Assembly: GCF_036321535.1 (NCBI RefSeq)
Contig: NC_087437.1
Span: 21,330,001-21,394,000 of the forward strand
Length of the DNA: 64,000 nucleotides
Origin: Camelus dromedarius
Lineage: Eukaryota
Reading direction: 5' to 3'
Positions 50,245 to 63,048 of this stretch are shown piece by piece. The notes beneath the pieces were generated by a model that was given only the letters and a program-made list of their open reading frames with translations, ran no database searches and was not told where the DNA came from. Both the position numbers and the translations under genes were made by a program. Each line of letters starts with the position of its first letter. Position 1 is the stretch's first letter.

Positions 50245-50500
50245 ATTAGGGATTTGCTGTGTACCTACCATGTGCCAAAAATATGTGCAAGGTCACACGT
50301 TTTACCATTTAATCTTTACAATTGCCCTTATCAGTTATCAGGTAGCTGTTTTAGAGATGAGATTATTATTCCTGTTTCAGAGATGAGAAAACTGACATTC
50401 TGAAACACAATTTAGTAATCTGCTCATTAGTATGTGACATCAGTGCAACAAGGCTAAGATTCAAACTCAGAGCTTTGGATTCCATACCTTTACCACTACT
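50245..50500 (-). mobile_element. MIR SINE
   Basis: tacctaccatgtgcca...cctgtttcagagatgagaaaactga...gattcaaactcag. Confidence 0.65.
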
Positions 50501-50897
50501 TAAAACCTACTACCACTATAAAAAAGGCTAGCTTCCAATTATTGCAACTAGCACAGTTCCTAGAAGAGAGTAGGCTTAATAATTTTTATTTTTCTTCTGA
50601 AAATGTAGACAGGAGGCAGATATTATCTTAGGTAGGCAGGAAATAGGTATTACCTCCAGCTATCAGAAGGGGAAACAAACACTTATATATGAAGTAAGTT
50701 TTTAAATGCTGGAGTTCCTAGCCCTTTCTCTGCATTAGCATTCCCTTGACATTCATCATGGTAGTGATGAACTTGAAAAGTAAAAAAAGATGGAGGAGGA
50801 GAAAAAGTACATGCAGTTATAAGACCAAGCGTTTTCCTTCTTCGAATAGCCCATGCATATTTACTGAGTACCTTTCAAGGTCAAGAAAAAGGTGCCA

Positions 50898-51115
50898 CAT
50901 TATTTGCAAATGATGCGACAGACGAGGGACTAATTTCCAAAATACACAAACAGCTCATACACCTTAATATCAAAAAAGCAAGCAACCCACACCTTAGTAT
51001 CAAAAAAACAAGCAACCCAATCCAAAAATGGGCAGAAGACCTAAACAAGCAATTCTCCAATGAAGACATACAAATGGTCAACAGGCACATGAAATGCAAA
51101 TCAAAACTTTAATGA
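50898..51115 (+). mobile_element. Young-looking camelid-type L1 ORF2 fragment with internal 30-bp duplication
   Basis: atttgcaaatgatgcgacagacgaggg...aaatgggcagaagacctaaacaagcaattctcc. Confidence 0.85.
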
Positions 51116-51120
51116 GAGGT

Positions 51121-51230
51121 GGGGAGGGTATAGCTCAAGTGGTAGAGCACATGCTTAGCATGAATGAGGTCATGGGTTCAATCGCTAGTACCTCCACTAA
51201 AAAAAGCAAAACAAAACAAAAGACAAACAA
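51121..51230 (+). mobile_element. Camelid-type tRNA-derived SINE
   Basis: GGGGAGGGTATAGCTCAAGTGGTAGAGCACATGCTTAGCATG...GGTTCAATC plus A-rich tail. Confidence 0.9.
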
Positions 51231-51257
51231 CCCAGAGAGGGTGTAAAATAGGGCTCC

Positions 51258-51363
51258 AAGACATCTGGTTAAATCTGAATTTCAAATAAACAATGAATAC
51301 ATCTTTAGAGTAAGTATGTCCCAAATATTTCCTGTATGTTTATTGGTATATCTGGCAACCCTA
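51258..51363. mobile_element. MER53-like hAT MITE, partly deleted
   Basis: gttaaatctgaatttcaaataaacaa...taagtatgtcccaaatatt...atctggcaacccta. Confidence 0.65.
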
Positions 51364-51471
51364 GGTGGGAATGTTGTTTAGAGAAGTGTCTTAGAGGAAA
51401 TGATAACTAAGATGAGAACCAAATTATTACTAATCCCCGACAAATTTGGCCCCTGAAAATGTGTATTAGTT

Positions 51472-51772
51472 GCTGGCCTATGGAGACAGCCCTGTGGCAA
51501 GGATCTGAAACCTCCTGACAACAGCCAGGGAGGAACGGTGGACCCTTGCCAAGAGCCACATTAGTGAGCCATCTTGGAAGCCAAACGTTCCAGCCGTAGT
51601 CCAGCCCTCAGATGACTACAGCCCTGGCCTACGGCTTGTTTACAATACATGAGAGACTGTGAGGCAGAATTACCCAGCTAAGCCACTCCTGACCCTCAGA
51701 AACTGTGTGGGATGATATTTGTTGTTTTAAGCTGTTAGGTATCAGGATAATTTGTTATGTAGCAATAGAAAT
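51472..51772 (+). mobile_element. MLT1-family (MaLR) LTR, 3' part
   Basis: agccatcttggaagc...cagatgactacagccc...cccagctaagccactcc...ttgttgttttaagctg...tgttatgtagcaataga. Confidence 0.8.
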
Positions 51773-52933
51773 GCCCTGCCCATCAGAGGAGTTCTGCATC
51801 TTGTAAGGATGGACACGATCATGCTCACTCATTATTGAGAACAGCCACAATTCGTGTGGGTGGCCTCAGCAAGAATGAGGTGATGGATCCAGAGGGGTCC
51901 CAGCTGTCACTGTCAATCAGTTATGCCTCCCTCCAGCAGGAGATCTGAATGGTCCATTTCCATAGCTTCCACAGGATAACAAAAGTATATGAATAATAGC
52001 ACAGCCTTTCTGAAACAAAATAATTTTACAAGTTTTTTTTACAATCACAAAATACAAAATATTTTTCTGAGATCAGCTTAATCACTTGAAGGAACTGTGT
52101 GAAAATAGAAATACAAGCACAATAATAACAAAAATCAGCAGAGCTAAGAAAACTCTAAATCTTGGTTCTCAGCTTGATTTCATGTATGTTAGGAATTGAG
52201 ATTGCTCTGCCAACCAAGAAAATAATTTGTTCCTGGGTGGGTTGTTTTGACTCTTCCATCCAGAAAGGAATTTCTGAAATTTAAGGATAATGTGCAGTGG
52301 AAGAGCTGTGAACTGTGGTTAATCAACTAAGAATTTCTAAGAGTACTTTGCTGAAACAATTTTGAGTACATTATTTTATTCCAATAGATTAAGTTTAAGG
52401 GATTACATTCCAATTATCTAACATGAACAGAAAAATCTCAGAGAAAGACACTTCCCTCCTTTTCAAAAAATCCAGGATAAGTTAGAAGGGAGTGGGTAAT
52501 AACTGTAGAACTAAACGTGGCTGCAGGGAGATGCTAGAAGTTTTCCATGACCACAGCACCCAGACTCAGCCCTCTTGGCTTTATAATAAGGTTTTTTATC
52601 CAAACCATCTCAGAGTTCATATATTATTATAACACACATCATTCCGCAAGCCAGTTCAATACCAATTGAGCTTAGTATGTGTTAACGTTGGAATCCTTTA
52701 AAATCTGTGTTCCAGACAATATCAGATGTTACTTTTCTCCTTATGGCTTGCAAAACAGTCACAATTATCTTACAAGATCCCCAATTCAAATTTCATAGAA
52801 ACTGAGATAAGGACATTGCCTTAAAAAGCTTACAACTTTGGGATAGTACAATTCACTGATCTAAATAAAGCCTGATCTAACCTGTCTTCCTAGACATTTC
52901 TACATAAATTAATATTTTTAAGTAGTCTGTTAA

Positions 52934-52990
52934 AATTTTATTTTATTGAAGTTACTTGATTTACAATATTATATTTGTTTCAGGTATAGT
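52934..52990 (-). mobile_element. Very short L1 3' terminus, sense to TFDP2
   Basis: Minus strand acctgaaacaaatataatattgtaaatcaagtaacttcaataaaataaaaa matches the other L1 tails in this window. Confidence 0.7.
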
Positions 52991-53025
52991 TTATTTGTTA
53001 AATACCTAATTCATTTAAAACTTAC

Positions 53026-53041
53026 CTTGGTATAACTAATC
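53026..53041 (-). other. TFDP2: Candidate 16-nt TFDP2 microexon GATTAGTTATACCAAG
   Basis: Branch-point-like CTGAT (53069-53073), pyrimidine tract TTCTCTTTTTT, TAG acceptor (53042-53044) and consensus donor AAG|GTAAGT (53020-53025) bracket 16 nt. Confidence 0.55.
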
Positions 53042-54749
53042 CTAGATATTAAAAAAGAGAACACAGCAATCAGAACAAATAAAACCTAGAATATCTTTGA
53101 ATTCGAGTATCTGATATTACAGTACAAAGCAACATTTAGATATTTTGATACAGAATTAAGCAGCAGTTATAATTAGCTTTGATCGATTATATAAAATTGT
53201 TACACATATTAAATAAACAAAGCACTGAAGTTTCAGGCCTAAGCCCTATGCATTGCTTTGTAGCCACTCTAACACATAAGGTCAAGATTTTCCAATGATT
53301 GTATCCAATGCTTCTCAACAATTGGGTCAGTTCAGAGTGAGGCTTAAAGATCTGGAACCAAAAACCAAGGAAAGCTTTAAAAACTGGCAGCAAATAATCA
53401 ACAGTTTCTAGAGGATTAACTGTCTTTTCTAACCAAACAATACACTTTAAAATTTTGTGATCCAAAGTAGAAGAGAGTCAGGAAAAAAACATTCAGCACA
53501 GAACTCTCTTTAATATCATCTGGGACAACAGACGCGAGTCAGACACAGTTTCATTGTTCCTGGTCTTCCCGCCTCCAGCTCTCTTTCCTCAGATTTGGAA
53601 CTTCTTTTATTTTCCTCCTCTTAAAGTATTACTTTTTTCCTAGTTCTCTGCTCATAAGTGATAGATATATATTGTAGAATTATTTCACTGATACATCTTA
53701 ATTAACATTAAGATGACACTATTTGTTTATAATTTTAATGCAAATTTGAATAGATTCTTCCAAAATCAGTAACTACAAAAAAAAAAAAAATCACGAAAAT
53801 GCACAATATCTCCAGTGATTTCACAGTTTTACCTTTCTCTTTTCCGACTTGTCTATGGGGTTACCTTGAAAGTTCCACTTTAAAAAGTTTTACTAATAAC
53901 AATTTTCTCCTATTTGTCTCAAATACGCCCTTTTAAACTAAAGATGTAAAACTGGAGGGGACAAGTGGAATCTCCAACAAAACCTGAGGAGAAAAACTTG
54001 ACAGTGGAATTTTGTCATTGTTTCATCTACTCAACAAATAGATATTAACTCCTAAGAGTCAGGCACTGTGCTAGGTACAAGCCCTACTTTGTCTCAAGAG
54101 CTTGCCATTATGATATAATCTTAAAATACCAATGAGGCTAATGAAATTTTATACATATATATAAAACTTATGTATTATATATATATAAACTGGGTTTGTT
54201 TTTTTTTTTTTTGGTGGAGAGTTTTTTAATTATTTTGTGCTTTCCACCTTGTTCTAAAGACTCAACCAACAGGAAAAAGGGAATAAATTCTGAGAAGGAC
54301 ACATGTAGGGTTAGGAATAAGAGTATCAGTGGATAAAACAAAAAGAAAACCAAGATGATAAGAACATTTCAAAGTTATCAAAGCTCTAAAAGTAATACAA
54401 AAATCTGCATAGTGCTTTATAAATATTATTTAAACGAGTCTAGCAACACTCCTGATTACAATCACCAACAAAGCTTATCAACTTACTAACCTGTCTTTGC
54501 CAAAAAATTTAAACTAGTTCTACTGAAGAATTTTCATATGAGAACATATCTCCAATTACATACCTGAAGTTAACAGGAAGATAAAATTCAATTACAAAAA
54601 TACATTTGACAGACTCAAACCAAATCTAATTATATGTCATATTATAGGACACTATACTAACACTTCAGTCATTATATTTAACACTTCAAGTATTAAATGT
54701 GTGGTATTTTTAAGATCCACACCCATGACCTTGGCTTGTGTAATATCCC

Positions 54750-55692
54750 TTTTTTTGAAGTATAGTTGATTTACAATACTGCATTAGTTTCAGGTGAACA
54801 GCACAGTGATTTAGTTTTTTAAGATTATATTCCATTATAGGTTATTACAAGAAACTGGATATAATTCCCTGTGCTGTACAGCAAATCCTTGTTGCTTGTC
54901 TATTTTATGTACACTAGTTTGTACCTGTGAATTCCATACTCCTAATTTGTCCCTTCCCTCCTCCCTCTTCCCTTTGATAACCTTAAGATTGTTTTCTAAA
55001 GTCTGTGAGTTTGTTTCTGTTCTGTAATCAATTCATTTGTAATTCTTTTTTAGATCCCACATATAAGTGATATCATACAGTATTTGTCTTTCTCTGACTT
55101 ATTTCACTAAGCATAACACTCTAGGTCCATCTGCGTTACCACAAATGGCAATATTTCATTTCTTTTTATTGCTGAGTAATATTCCATTGTGTGTGTGTGT
55201 GTGTGTGTGTGTGTACACACATACACATACCACATCTTCTTAAGCCAATTGTCTGTTGATGGGCACCTGGTTGTTTCCATGCCTTGGCTGTTGTAAACAG
55301 TGCTGCTATGAACATTGGAGTGCATGTATCTTTTCAAACCAGAGTTTTCATCTTTTCTGGATATATGCCCAGGACCAGGATTGCTGGATCATATGGTAGG
55401 TCTATTTTTAAAAGAACCTCCATACTGTCTTCCACAGTGGCTGCACCAAACTACAGTCCACCAACAGTGTAGGAGGGTTCCCTTTTCTCCACACCCTCTC
55501 CAAAATTTATTATTTGTAGACTTTTCGATGACAGTCATTCCGACCAGTGTGAGGTGATACTTCACTGTGGTTTTGATTTGCATTTCTCTAGTAATTAGCA
55601 ATGATGAGCATCTTTTTATGTGCCTGTTGGCCATCTGTATGTCTTCTTTGGGAAATGTCTATTTAGATCTACTGATTTTCTGATTGGGTTTT
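54750..55692 (-). mobile_element. Younger L1 3' end (ORF2 C-terminus plus 3'UTR), sense to TFDP2
   Basis: ORF 55389-55634 ([25 protein letters not shown]...CWWTVVWC) is the L1 ORF2 C-terminus; poly-T at 54750. Confidence 0.93.
55188..55213. repeat. (TG)13 microsatellite inside L1
   Basis: Seen directly. Confidence 0.9.
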
Positions 55693-55814
55693 TCAGGGTT
55701 ACATCCTTAAATGCATTAAATACTAGTAAAATATTGTATTCAGCACTCTGGAATGAAGCTAAAATATATCTGATACAGAACTCCACACTACAACATTGTT
55801 TCACAATTTACAAT

Positions 55815-56520
55815 CAAAAATATGGAAAAGATTCATCACTTCACTAACCACCAGGGAAATACAAATTGAAACCACAATGCATTACCACTAAACACCCACC
55901 AGACTGAGCATAAGGAAAAAGATAAAAGATATCAAATACTGGCAAGGATTTGAGCCACAGGGAATCGTCCTACACTACTGGTGGCAGTGAAAATTGGCCT
56001 TACCACTTTGAAAAACTTGTCTGGAAGCGTCTACTAAAGCTGAGCATCTGTATATTCCAACCAAACAATTCTGATCCTAGGTACATGTCTTATAGAAATG
56101 CATATGTGTGTTCACCAAAGGACGTGAACTAGAATGTTCATAAGATCACTCACTATAATATCCCTACCCAAATGCCCAATTACATTAGAACAAATAAATT
56201 ATGGTTTATTCACCCAATGGAATATTACATAGCCATGAGAAACGTATATCTACAGCAATATGGATGAATCTCACAAACACGTTGAGCAAGAAAAGCTAGT
56301 CACAAAAGAATAAACAGTGTATTATTCCATATGGAAAGCACAAAATCAGACAAAAATAGCCCATCTTGTTGGAGGTCAAGGTAGCAGTTAGCCTTGAAAG
56401 GGAGCACAAGGCATGAGTCTGGGATGCTAATATTCTGCTTTTAAGTGCTGGATTGTGAAATTTCACTGAGCTGTACACCTATACGTGTACTTTTCTCTAG
56501 GTATTTAAACTAAAATTTGA
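55815..56520 (+). mobile_element. Old L1ME-like 3' end
   Basis: cagggaaatacaaattgaaaccacaatg...atggatgaatctcacaaac...ttcactgagctgtacac. Confidence 0.75.
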
Positions 56521-57380
56521 AATATATATATGCATGTAAATATATGACATGAATATTTTCATAATAAAAGTAAATACCTCATTATGGATGCATTACAAAA
56601 TGCAAAAAAGAATATATAGTACCAATCAATCATAATCTCATCTTCTGAAAGATGCCTGCAGTTTGATACATGTCTTCATTTTTCTATACACTTCATATGG
56701 TTAAGAACATATAATACACAAAATTTTACTTACATGTGGGTGGTTAAATGACATCAAAATATCTCTACATAAAACAATTATGTATATATCAAACATTATC
56801 CATCTTTAAAATATTTCTCTTCATAAGCAAAACCTGACTACAAAATTAGCTATCATATACATACATACAAAGTTTACTTTAAAATGACCTAGAGATATAC
56901 TTCTGTGTGAGCCACTTTTTTTGCTATTTATAAAAAATGCGCTGATAAGTATCTGTCTTTGTCTATATTAATTAAAACTCAAAATTTACTTTCTTGGGAT
57001 AGATACACAGAGGTAGAATTACAAGAGCCACTGTTTCTGCAATAAAATTAGCAAAAGATAAAATATTACTATAACAAGAGGACACAAGTTTAAAACAGCA
57101 GTAAAAGGGGGGGGGGCAACAAAATAGATAGCCCTTCCTGCTTTCTTCACTGGTCTTTTCTTTTAGAAAGTGCTCCTTAGCCAGTGGAGCCCCTCAGTAA
57201 AACAAAAATCCCTGGTCTAAAAGTCTAAGACATGCAAAGCTTGATGGTAATTCAGTGTTAGACACATAGAAGGTACTGACAGAAAAAAGCTTTCCGAATT
57301 GAGTGAAAAATTTTAGGCAAGAAAAATCAGTCTGATGCTACCTCTTGCTTAATCCCCACTTCTTTTATATACTCTTTGAA

Positions 57381-57544
57381 CAGGAGTTCTCAAAGTCCGG
57401 TCCAGGGCTAGCAATTTCAGCTTCACCAAGCAACTTGTTAGAAATACAAATTCTCAAACCCCACCTCAGACCTACTGAATCAGAAGTCTGGAGGCTATCT
57501 TTATAAGATGCCCTCAAAGTGATTCTAAAATTTAAGAACTACTG
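57381..57544. mobile_element. MER5A MITE
   Basis: caggagttctcaaagt...aacttgttagaaatacaaattctc...cagacctactgaatcaga...agaactactg. Confidence 0.85.
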
Positions 57545-58094
57545 AACTAAAGCATTCTAAACCTCCAGGCATACTTAACGTCACCTTTATTAATCAGGGA
57601 ATGGAAAAAGACAAATAATTTTTTGACACTATTATTCTAATTGCTATCTTGCTCATCTGGGAGACTGAGGACCTTCCTGTTGGATAAGTAGTTTTATGTT
57701 TGCTCCACTCTCTTTAGATTTGTGATTTACATGTCTGCAAAGTCAGTCATGCTGCTTTTCATACTTTAATGGGTCCCAAATGAACTCACTACAGGGGATG
57801 TAAAGGATGTCACTGAAGAAAGGGATGACGGAAGAGTTCCTAGCTTATTCTGTGATGTGCAAAAAACTGTGGCTTAATTAGTTTCACAGGCAGAAAATGA
57901 AAGAAGTAATTTGTATTACCAGTAAATCCAGGTAGCAATTTCCTTTTACTTCAAAATATGGCTTATAATTAAATGCATTCAGGCTGGTCTTCAATAATTT
58001 AACCAGCAACTTGCAGACATTTTCTACATATTTAATATCATGACAAAGAAAGGCTCAAATATCAAAAGAACAGTGAAGGAAGTGAAGGAGAAGA

Positions 58095-58320
58095 GAATTA
58101 ATATTTTATTGAGCACCCCATACATGCTAAGTATTATGTATAAAGCCTTACATGTGAGAGTTAGATGAGAAAATACAATCCCTTGGTATTACTATCACCA
58201 AAACACAAATGTGAAAATCAAAGAGAGATTTAGTAAATTTTCTATGTTACCAGTCGTAGACCTAGTAAACAGCAAAGCTGACAACTGAAGCTGTGCTTCA
58301 ATGGTTCCAAAACCTGTGTC
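58095..58320 (-). mobile_element. MIR-like remnant
   Basis: ttttattgagcaccc...ctagtaaacagcaaagctg...ggttccaaaacctgtg. Confidence 0.45.
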
Positions 58321-60484
58321 TTTTCAAATATATCAAACTTTACAACATGTAGCAAAACACAGTGTGTTTGCATTAGTGAATAAAAAACCCTAAAGAAACA
58401 GATATAGTTAGTAAAATTTTAGCAACTTTTAATAATTTTCCTATTTAGTACTTTTTAAAGACATATACACCTTTAAAAAAATATTCTGGCTACCTTATTT
58501 TTTTTACTATGTAATTTATAAAGAAGAGGAGAAACCAGATTAAATTTCATAAAAGGCAATTTAATCTCTCCTAAAAGATAAACATGTATGATTTAAATTG
58601 CTAGATTTAATTTTAAAAACATTGTGTTGGCAACAAAGCTGTTAAACAGCTTTATGGTATGATTTTTTATATTTTTGTTTTTAATTTGGCAACTCATGCA
58701 AATTTTAAGTTGGTCATAGATGAGACGAATTTAAATGAGGAAATTCATAAAAGAAAACATTTAAGAGGCTGATTTTAGAACTAAATTCCAATTGGCTATC
58801 AAAATTACCCTCTTCCCTTAGTGTTGTGGGTTTGAAATTAACCAGTATCAACAGTTGTTAACCAACAGTAAGCAAGACTGCTGGCTAAGTTCGAGGTGTG
58901 GAAGTTTTCTTCTAGAAGACAATGGGCCATAGAGGAAGAGGAAATAAAAACAGGTAATTAGATCAACTCCATTTTTCCAACTACTAAGCAAACAAGGAAT
59001 CATATAAAGAAAGATATTTTAATATCAACAATATTCTACTCTGCCAACTGAGTTACAAGCTGATTCACTGAAAGTGAATTTTGAAATACTACAGAAACAA
59101 GATTGCAGAAATCTTTTCCTCCAAAAATCATAATATCCATTTATCATCCTGTCTTTAGAAACAGTAAATGGCTATTTCAAGAACTATAAAAAATAGGTAT
59201 CATCATGTGATACTCTATAATAAAGCAATCTATATGAACTATCAGAATAGAGAATAAAACTTTAAAGTGAAAAAAGCCATGTAAATTTACTGGGGCTCAG
59301 GTATAACATACTGTGTTATCAAAACTATTTATAAATCCACAGAGTGCAATCAAAACACAGAGCAAAGTTACGTAATTCTCCCTGACCACAATATCCACTG
59401 TGAAAGCAGTTCACAGGAAGATAAAAGATGCAGTAACTACAGTCTAAAGCACTTTCATTTTTTCCTTTATTTTTTTTGAATCGGGAACTCAAATTTTATT
59501 TCAGAAAGATAATTTTTATTTAAGTTTAGTACTTAATTATGTAATATGATAAACTAAACACTTTTACTTAAATAAAACTTTTATGGTAGATGAACATAGG
59601 AAAATACAAGTGAGAAGATCAGATGGCACAGGTCCTACAGGAAAAGCAAGCTGCTGAACTGAACAGGGCACTAAAACTACTTGTAGGATGGGTTAGTCGT
59701 CTATTTTCAGATCATTAAGATATTTTAAAATATCCTGAAACCAAACCTAGATTCAAAAGGCAAAGCCAGAACCATTCACTGTGTTTATTAAAACACAATC
59801 TCTCACTAAGCCTCACACAGTAAGAGAGGCCAAGCTTACCCTAACATGACCTCAGATTTAGAAGCCTGCCAAAGAACTGTAATAGAAATAACAACCAAAT
59901 GTCACATATACCTTCTGTTCAAAGTAATATAAAATAAAACAAAAGCTTACTAGATGCTTTGTGAATTTGTGAATTAAAATAAAAAAGAATTAATTAAACA
60001 TATAACTCCAAAATATACAAGCTACTCTATTTTTTAAGATTTTGAGCACTGAAATTATCTGTAACACTAATTCCCTACCCTTTCACCTTTCCAGCTCCTT
60101 TTAAACTTTTTCTCATCAAGAAAGTGAAGTTTTCACATTCTCTTCTTGGCAGACATACATTCATATGGTCCCTATAAGGAGCCATTCCAGCAACACTTTT
60201 GGGAAAACTTTGACTTCTTTCTGTTCCTACTGCCTTGCACACAAAAGGCTTTTCCTTTATTCCTGTTTCCACGCTCTGAAGCTCTTTTAAAAAAAAAAAA
60301 GTTACAAAACCTGAACAATTGGTTTCACTATAAATGTATGTACTCTAATCTTGACTGGGTCCCTGCTGTTACTCAGGGACCCCAGAATCATCTCTAGATT
60401 ATGAAGGATTAAAAATAACACAAAACAGGCTCTAATCAACAATACTCTCCAAATGGAGAATTCACAAGCTTCTCTCATAATTAA

Positions 60485-61960
60485 GTGGTGTTCATCCAGG
60501 GAATTCAAAGTTTTTGTGACATGCAAAAATCAATGTAATTTACCATATTCATGGGTTAAAAATACCCCACCATATAATCACTGCAATAGGTGCAAAAAAA
60601 AAAAAAAAAAAGAGTTTAACAAAATCCAACAACCATTCATTATCAAAACACTCAGGAAACTTAGAGGGAAATTTACCCAACTAGATGGAGGGTGGCTATG
60701 AAAACTCTACAGCTAACATCATACCTAATAATAAAAGACTTAATGCTTTCCTCCTAAGATCAGGACCAAGGCAAGGATTTCTGTTCTCACTATTTCTATT
60801 CAACCTTGAACTGGAAGTCCTAATCAGTGACATTAGGAAAGAAAAAGAAATACAAATTGGAAAGAAAAAGTTAAACTGCCTTTATTCATATATGATATGA
60901 TATATGTGGAAAATCCTTTAAAAATCTATAAAAAAAATTACTAGAAATAAAGTTTTCACAAGGTAGAAAAATATAAAAACCAACTGTGTGTCTACATACT
61001 AGCAAAGACAACTGGAAATTGAAATTAAAAATACCATTTACCAAAGACAAAAACAAAACCAAAAAACTCCTGGATCTAATACATGATTATAGCAAGGTTG
61101 CAAGATACAACGTTAATATATAAAAGTCAACTGTTTTCTTATATACCAGCAGGGAATAACTGGAGTTTGAAAACAAAAACACAAGGCCATTTATATTAGC
61201 ACCAAAAAATATATCCAATAAATATGTATAAGATCTATATGTGGAAAACCACCCAATTGTGATGAAAGAAATCAGAGATCTAATTAATGGAGAGACAGCC
61301 CATGTTCATGAATAGGAAGAATCAATACTGTTAAGATGTCAGTTATTCCCAACTTGATGTACAGATTCAATGCAATCTCAATCCAAATCCCAGTAAGTTA
61401 TTCTGTGGATATCAACAAACTGATTCTAAAATTCATATGAAAAGGCAAAAGATGCAGAATGGCCAACACAGTATTAAAGAAGAAAAGTGGAAGGACTAAC
61501 GCCACCCAACCTCAAAATTTATTGTAAACCCACAGTAATCAAGACAGTGTGATATCAGCAAAAGAATAAGAAAATAGATCAATGGAATAAAACAGAGAGC
61601 CCAGAAACAGACCTATACACAAATACATTCAACTCAACTTTGACAAAGGAGCAAAGGCAATTCAATGGAGAAGAGTTAGCCCCTTTAACCAATGAGGCTG
61701 GAACTTGCAAAAAAGAAAAAAAAAAAAAGACTTTAGACACAGATCTTACATCTGTCACAAAATTAACTCAAAATGGATCACAGACCTAAATGTAAACTTT
61801 AAAACCCCTAAAAGGAAAACAGGAGAGACTCTAGCTGACCTTCAGTGTAGTTATGACCTTTTAGAGTATAAAACCAAAAAGCCTGATTCATGAAAGACAA
61901 ATACTGGACTTTAATGTTGGACTTCATTAAAATTAAAACTTTTCTGTGAAAGATACTGTT
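60485..61960 (+). mobile_element. L1M ORF2 remnants, probably two abutting elements (~60485-61040 and ~61050-61960)
   Basis: ORF 60685-60900 (TANIIPNNKRLNAFLLRSGPRQGFLFSLFLFNLELEVL) is L1 RT. A homologous ORF2 segment occurs twice around 60930-61200. Confidence 0.85.
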
Positions 61961-62029
61961 TCTCTACTACCAGATAAGGAATGTCAAGTCTTTATACATC
62001 CTTACAAGAAACATACGTGTACTTATATG

Positions 62030-62600
62030 TCACTTCTTTTTAAACAAATGGTTATATATTCAAGACACTGTTCTCCACTTTTCTTTTGTTAACTTAATAA
62101 TGTGTCTTTATAGATCACTCCATATTCGTACATAGGTTTCTCACGTCCAATTTTACATGTGCATAGTATGCCATTATATGTATTGCACACAATTCATTTA
62201 ACCAGATCTCACTGATGGATATTTGCTGTTGCCAATATTTTGCTATTACACACAATACTGCAAAGATTAAGCTTTATTTCCCAAATTTACAAGCATATCA
62301 GTAGATTATATATTCCTAAAATTGGGACTGCTCAATCATGGGAAATGTGAATGTTAAATTAATAAATATTGTGAAATTGCTCCCCATAAAGGACCCATCA
62401 GCAGTACAAGAAAGCACGTGTTATCCTACACCCTCAACAACAGTGTTTTATCAAACTTCTTAATACTCACCGATCTTACAGAGTGAATAATGGTACTTAG
62501 TATAATGTTAAATTACATATGTTTTACGAATGAGGTAGAGTGTGCCTCTTCATCTGTATGAGAACCATTAATATGTTTATGTGAACCATTTATTCATAAA
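62030..62600 (-). mobile_element. Old L1ME-like antisense fragment
   Basis: gcatagtatgccattatatg...ctgatggatattt...tttgctattaca motifs. Confidence 0.65.
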
Positions 62601-62609
62601 TTGTACCCC

Positions 62610-63048
62610 AAAAAAGAATAATGTCATTTGCAGCAACATGGATGGACCTGGAGATCATCATTCTAAGTGAAGTAAGCCAGAAAGAGAAAGCAAAATACCA
62701 TATGATATCACGTATATGTGGAATCTTAAAAACAGAAAAAAGGACAAACGAACTTATTTGCAAAGCAGAAACAGGCTCACAGACATAGAAAACAAACTAA
62801 TGGTTATGGGGGAGAGGGGAGGGATAAACTGGGAGTTTGAGATTTGCAGATACTAATATACATATAATAGATAAACAAGTTCATACTGTATATAGCACAG
62901 GGAACTATATTCAATATCTTGTAGTAACTTCTGGTGAAAAAGTTATATAAAAACAAATACATGTATGTTCATGTATGGCTGAAACATTATGCTGCACACC
63001 AGAAATTAACACAACATTGTAAACTGACTATACTTCAATAAAAAATAT
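62610..63048 (+). mobile_element. Camelid-type young L1 3' end
   Basis: catttgcagcaacatggatggacctggagatcatcattctaagtgaagtaagccag...gtaaactgactatacttcaataaaaaa. Confidence 0.93.

Noticed and set aside
54750..56520. Head-to-head L1 pieces suggesting a twin-priming inversion
   Set aside because: The two pieces differ clearly in age and subfamily and cover overlapping consensus regions, so they are independent insertions.
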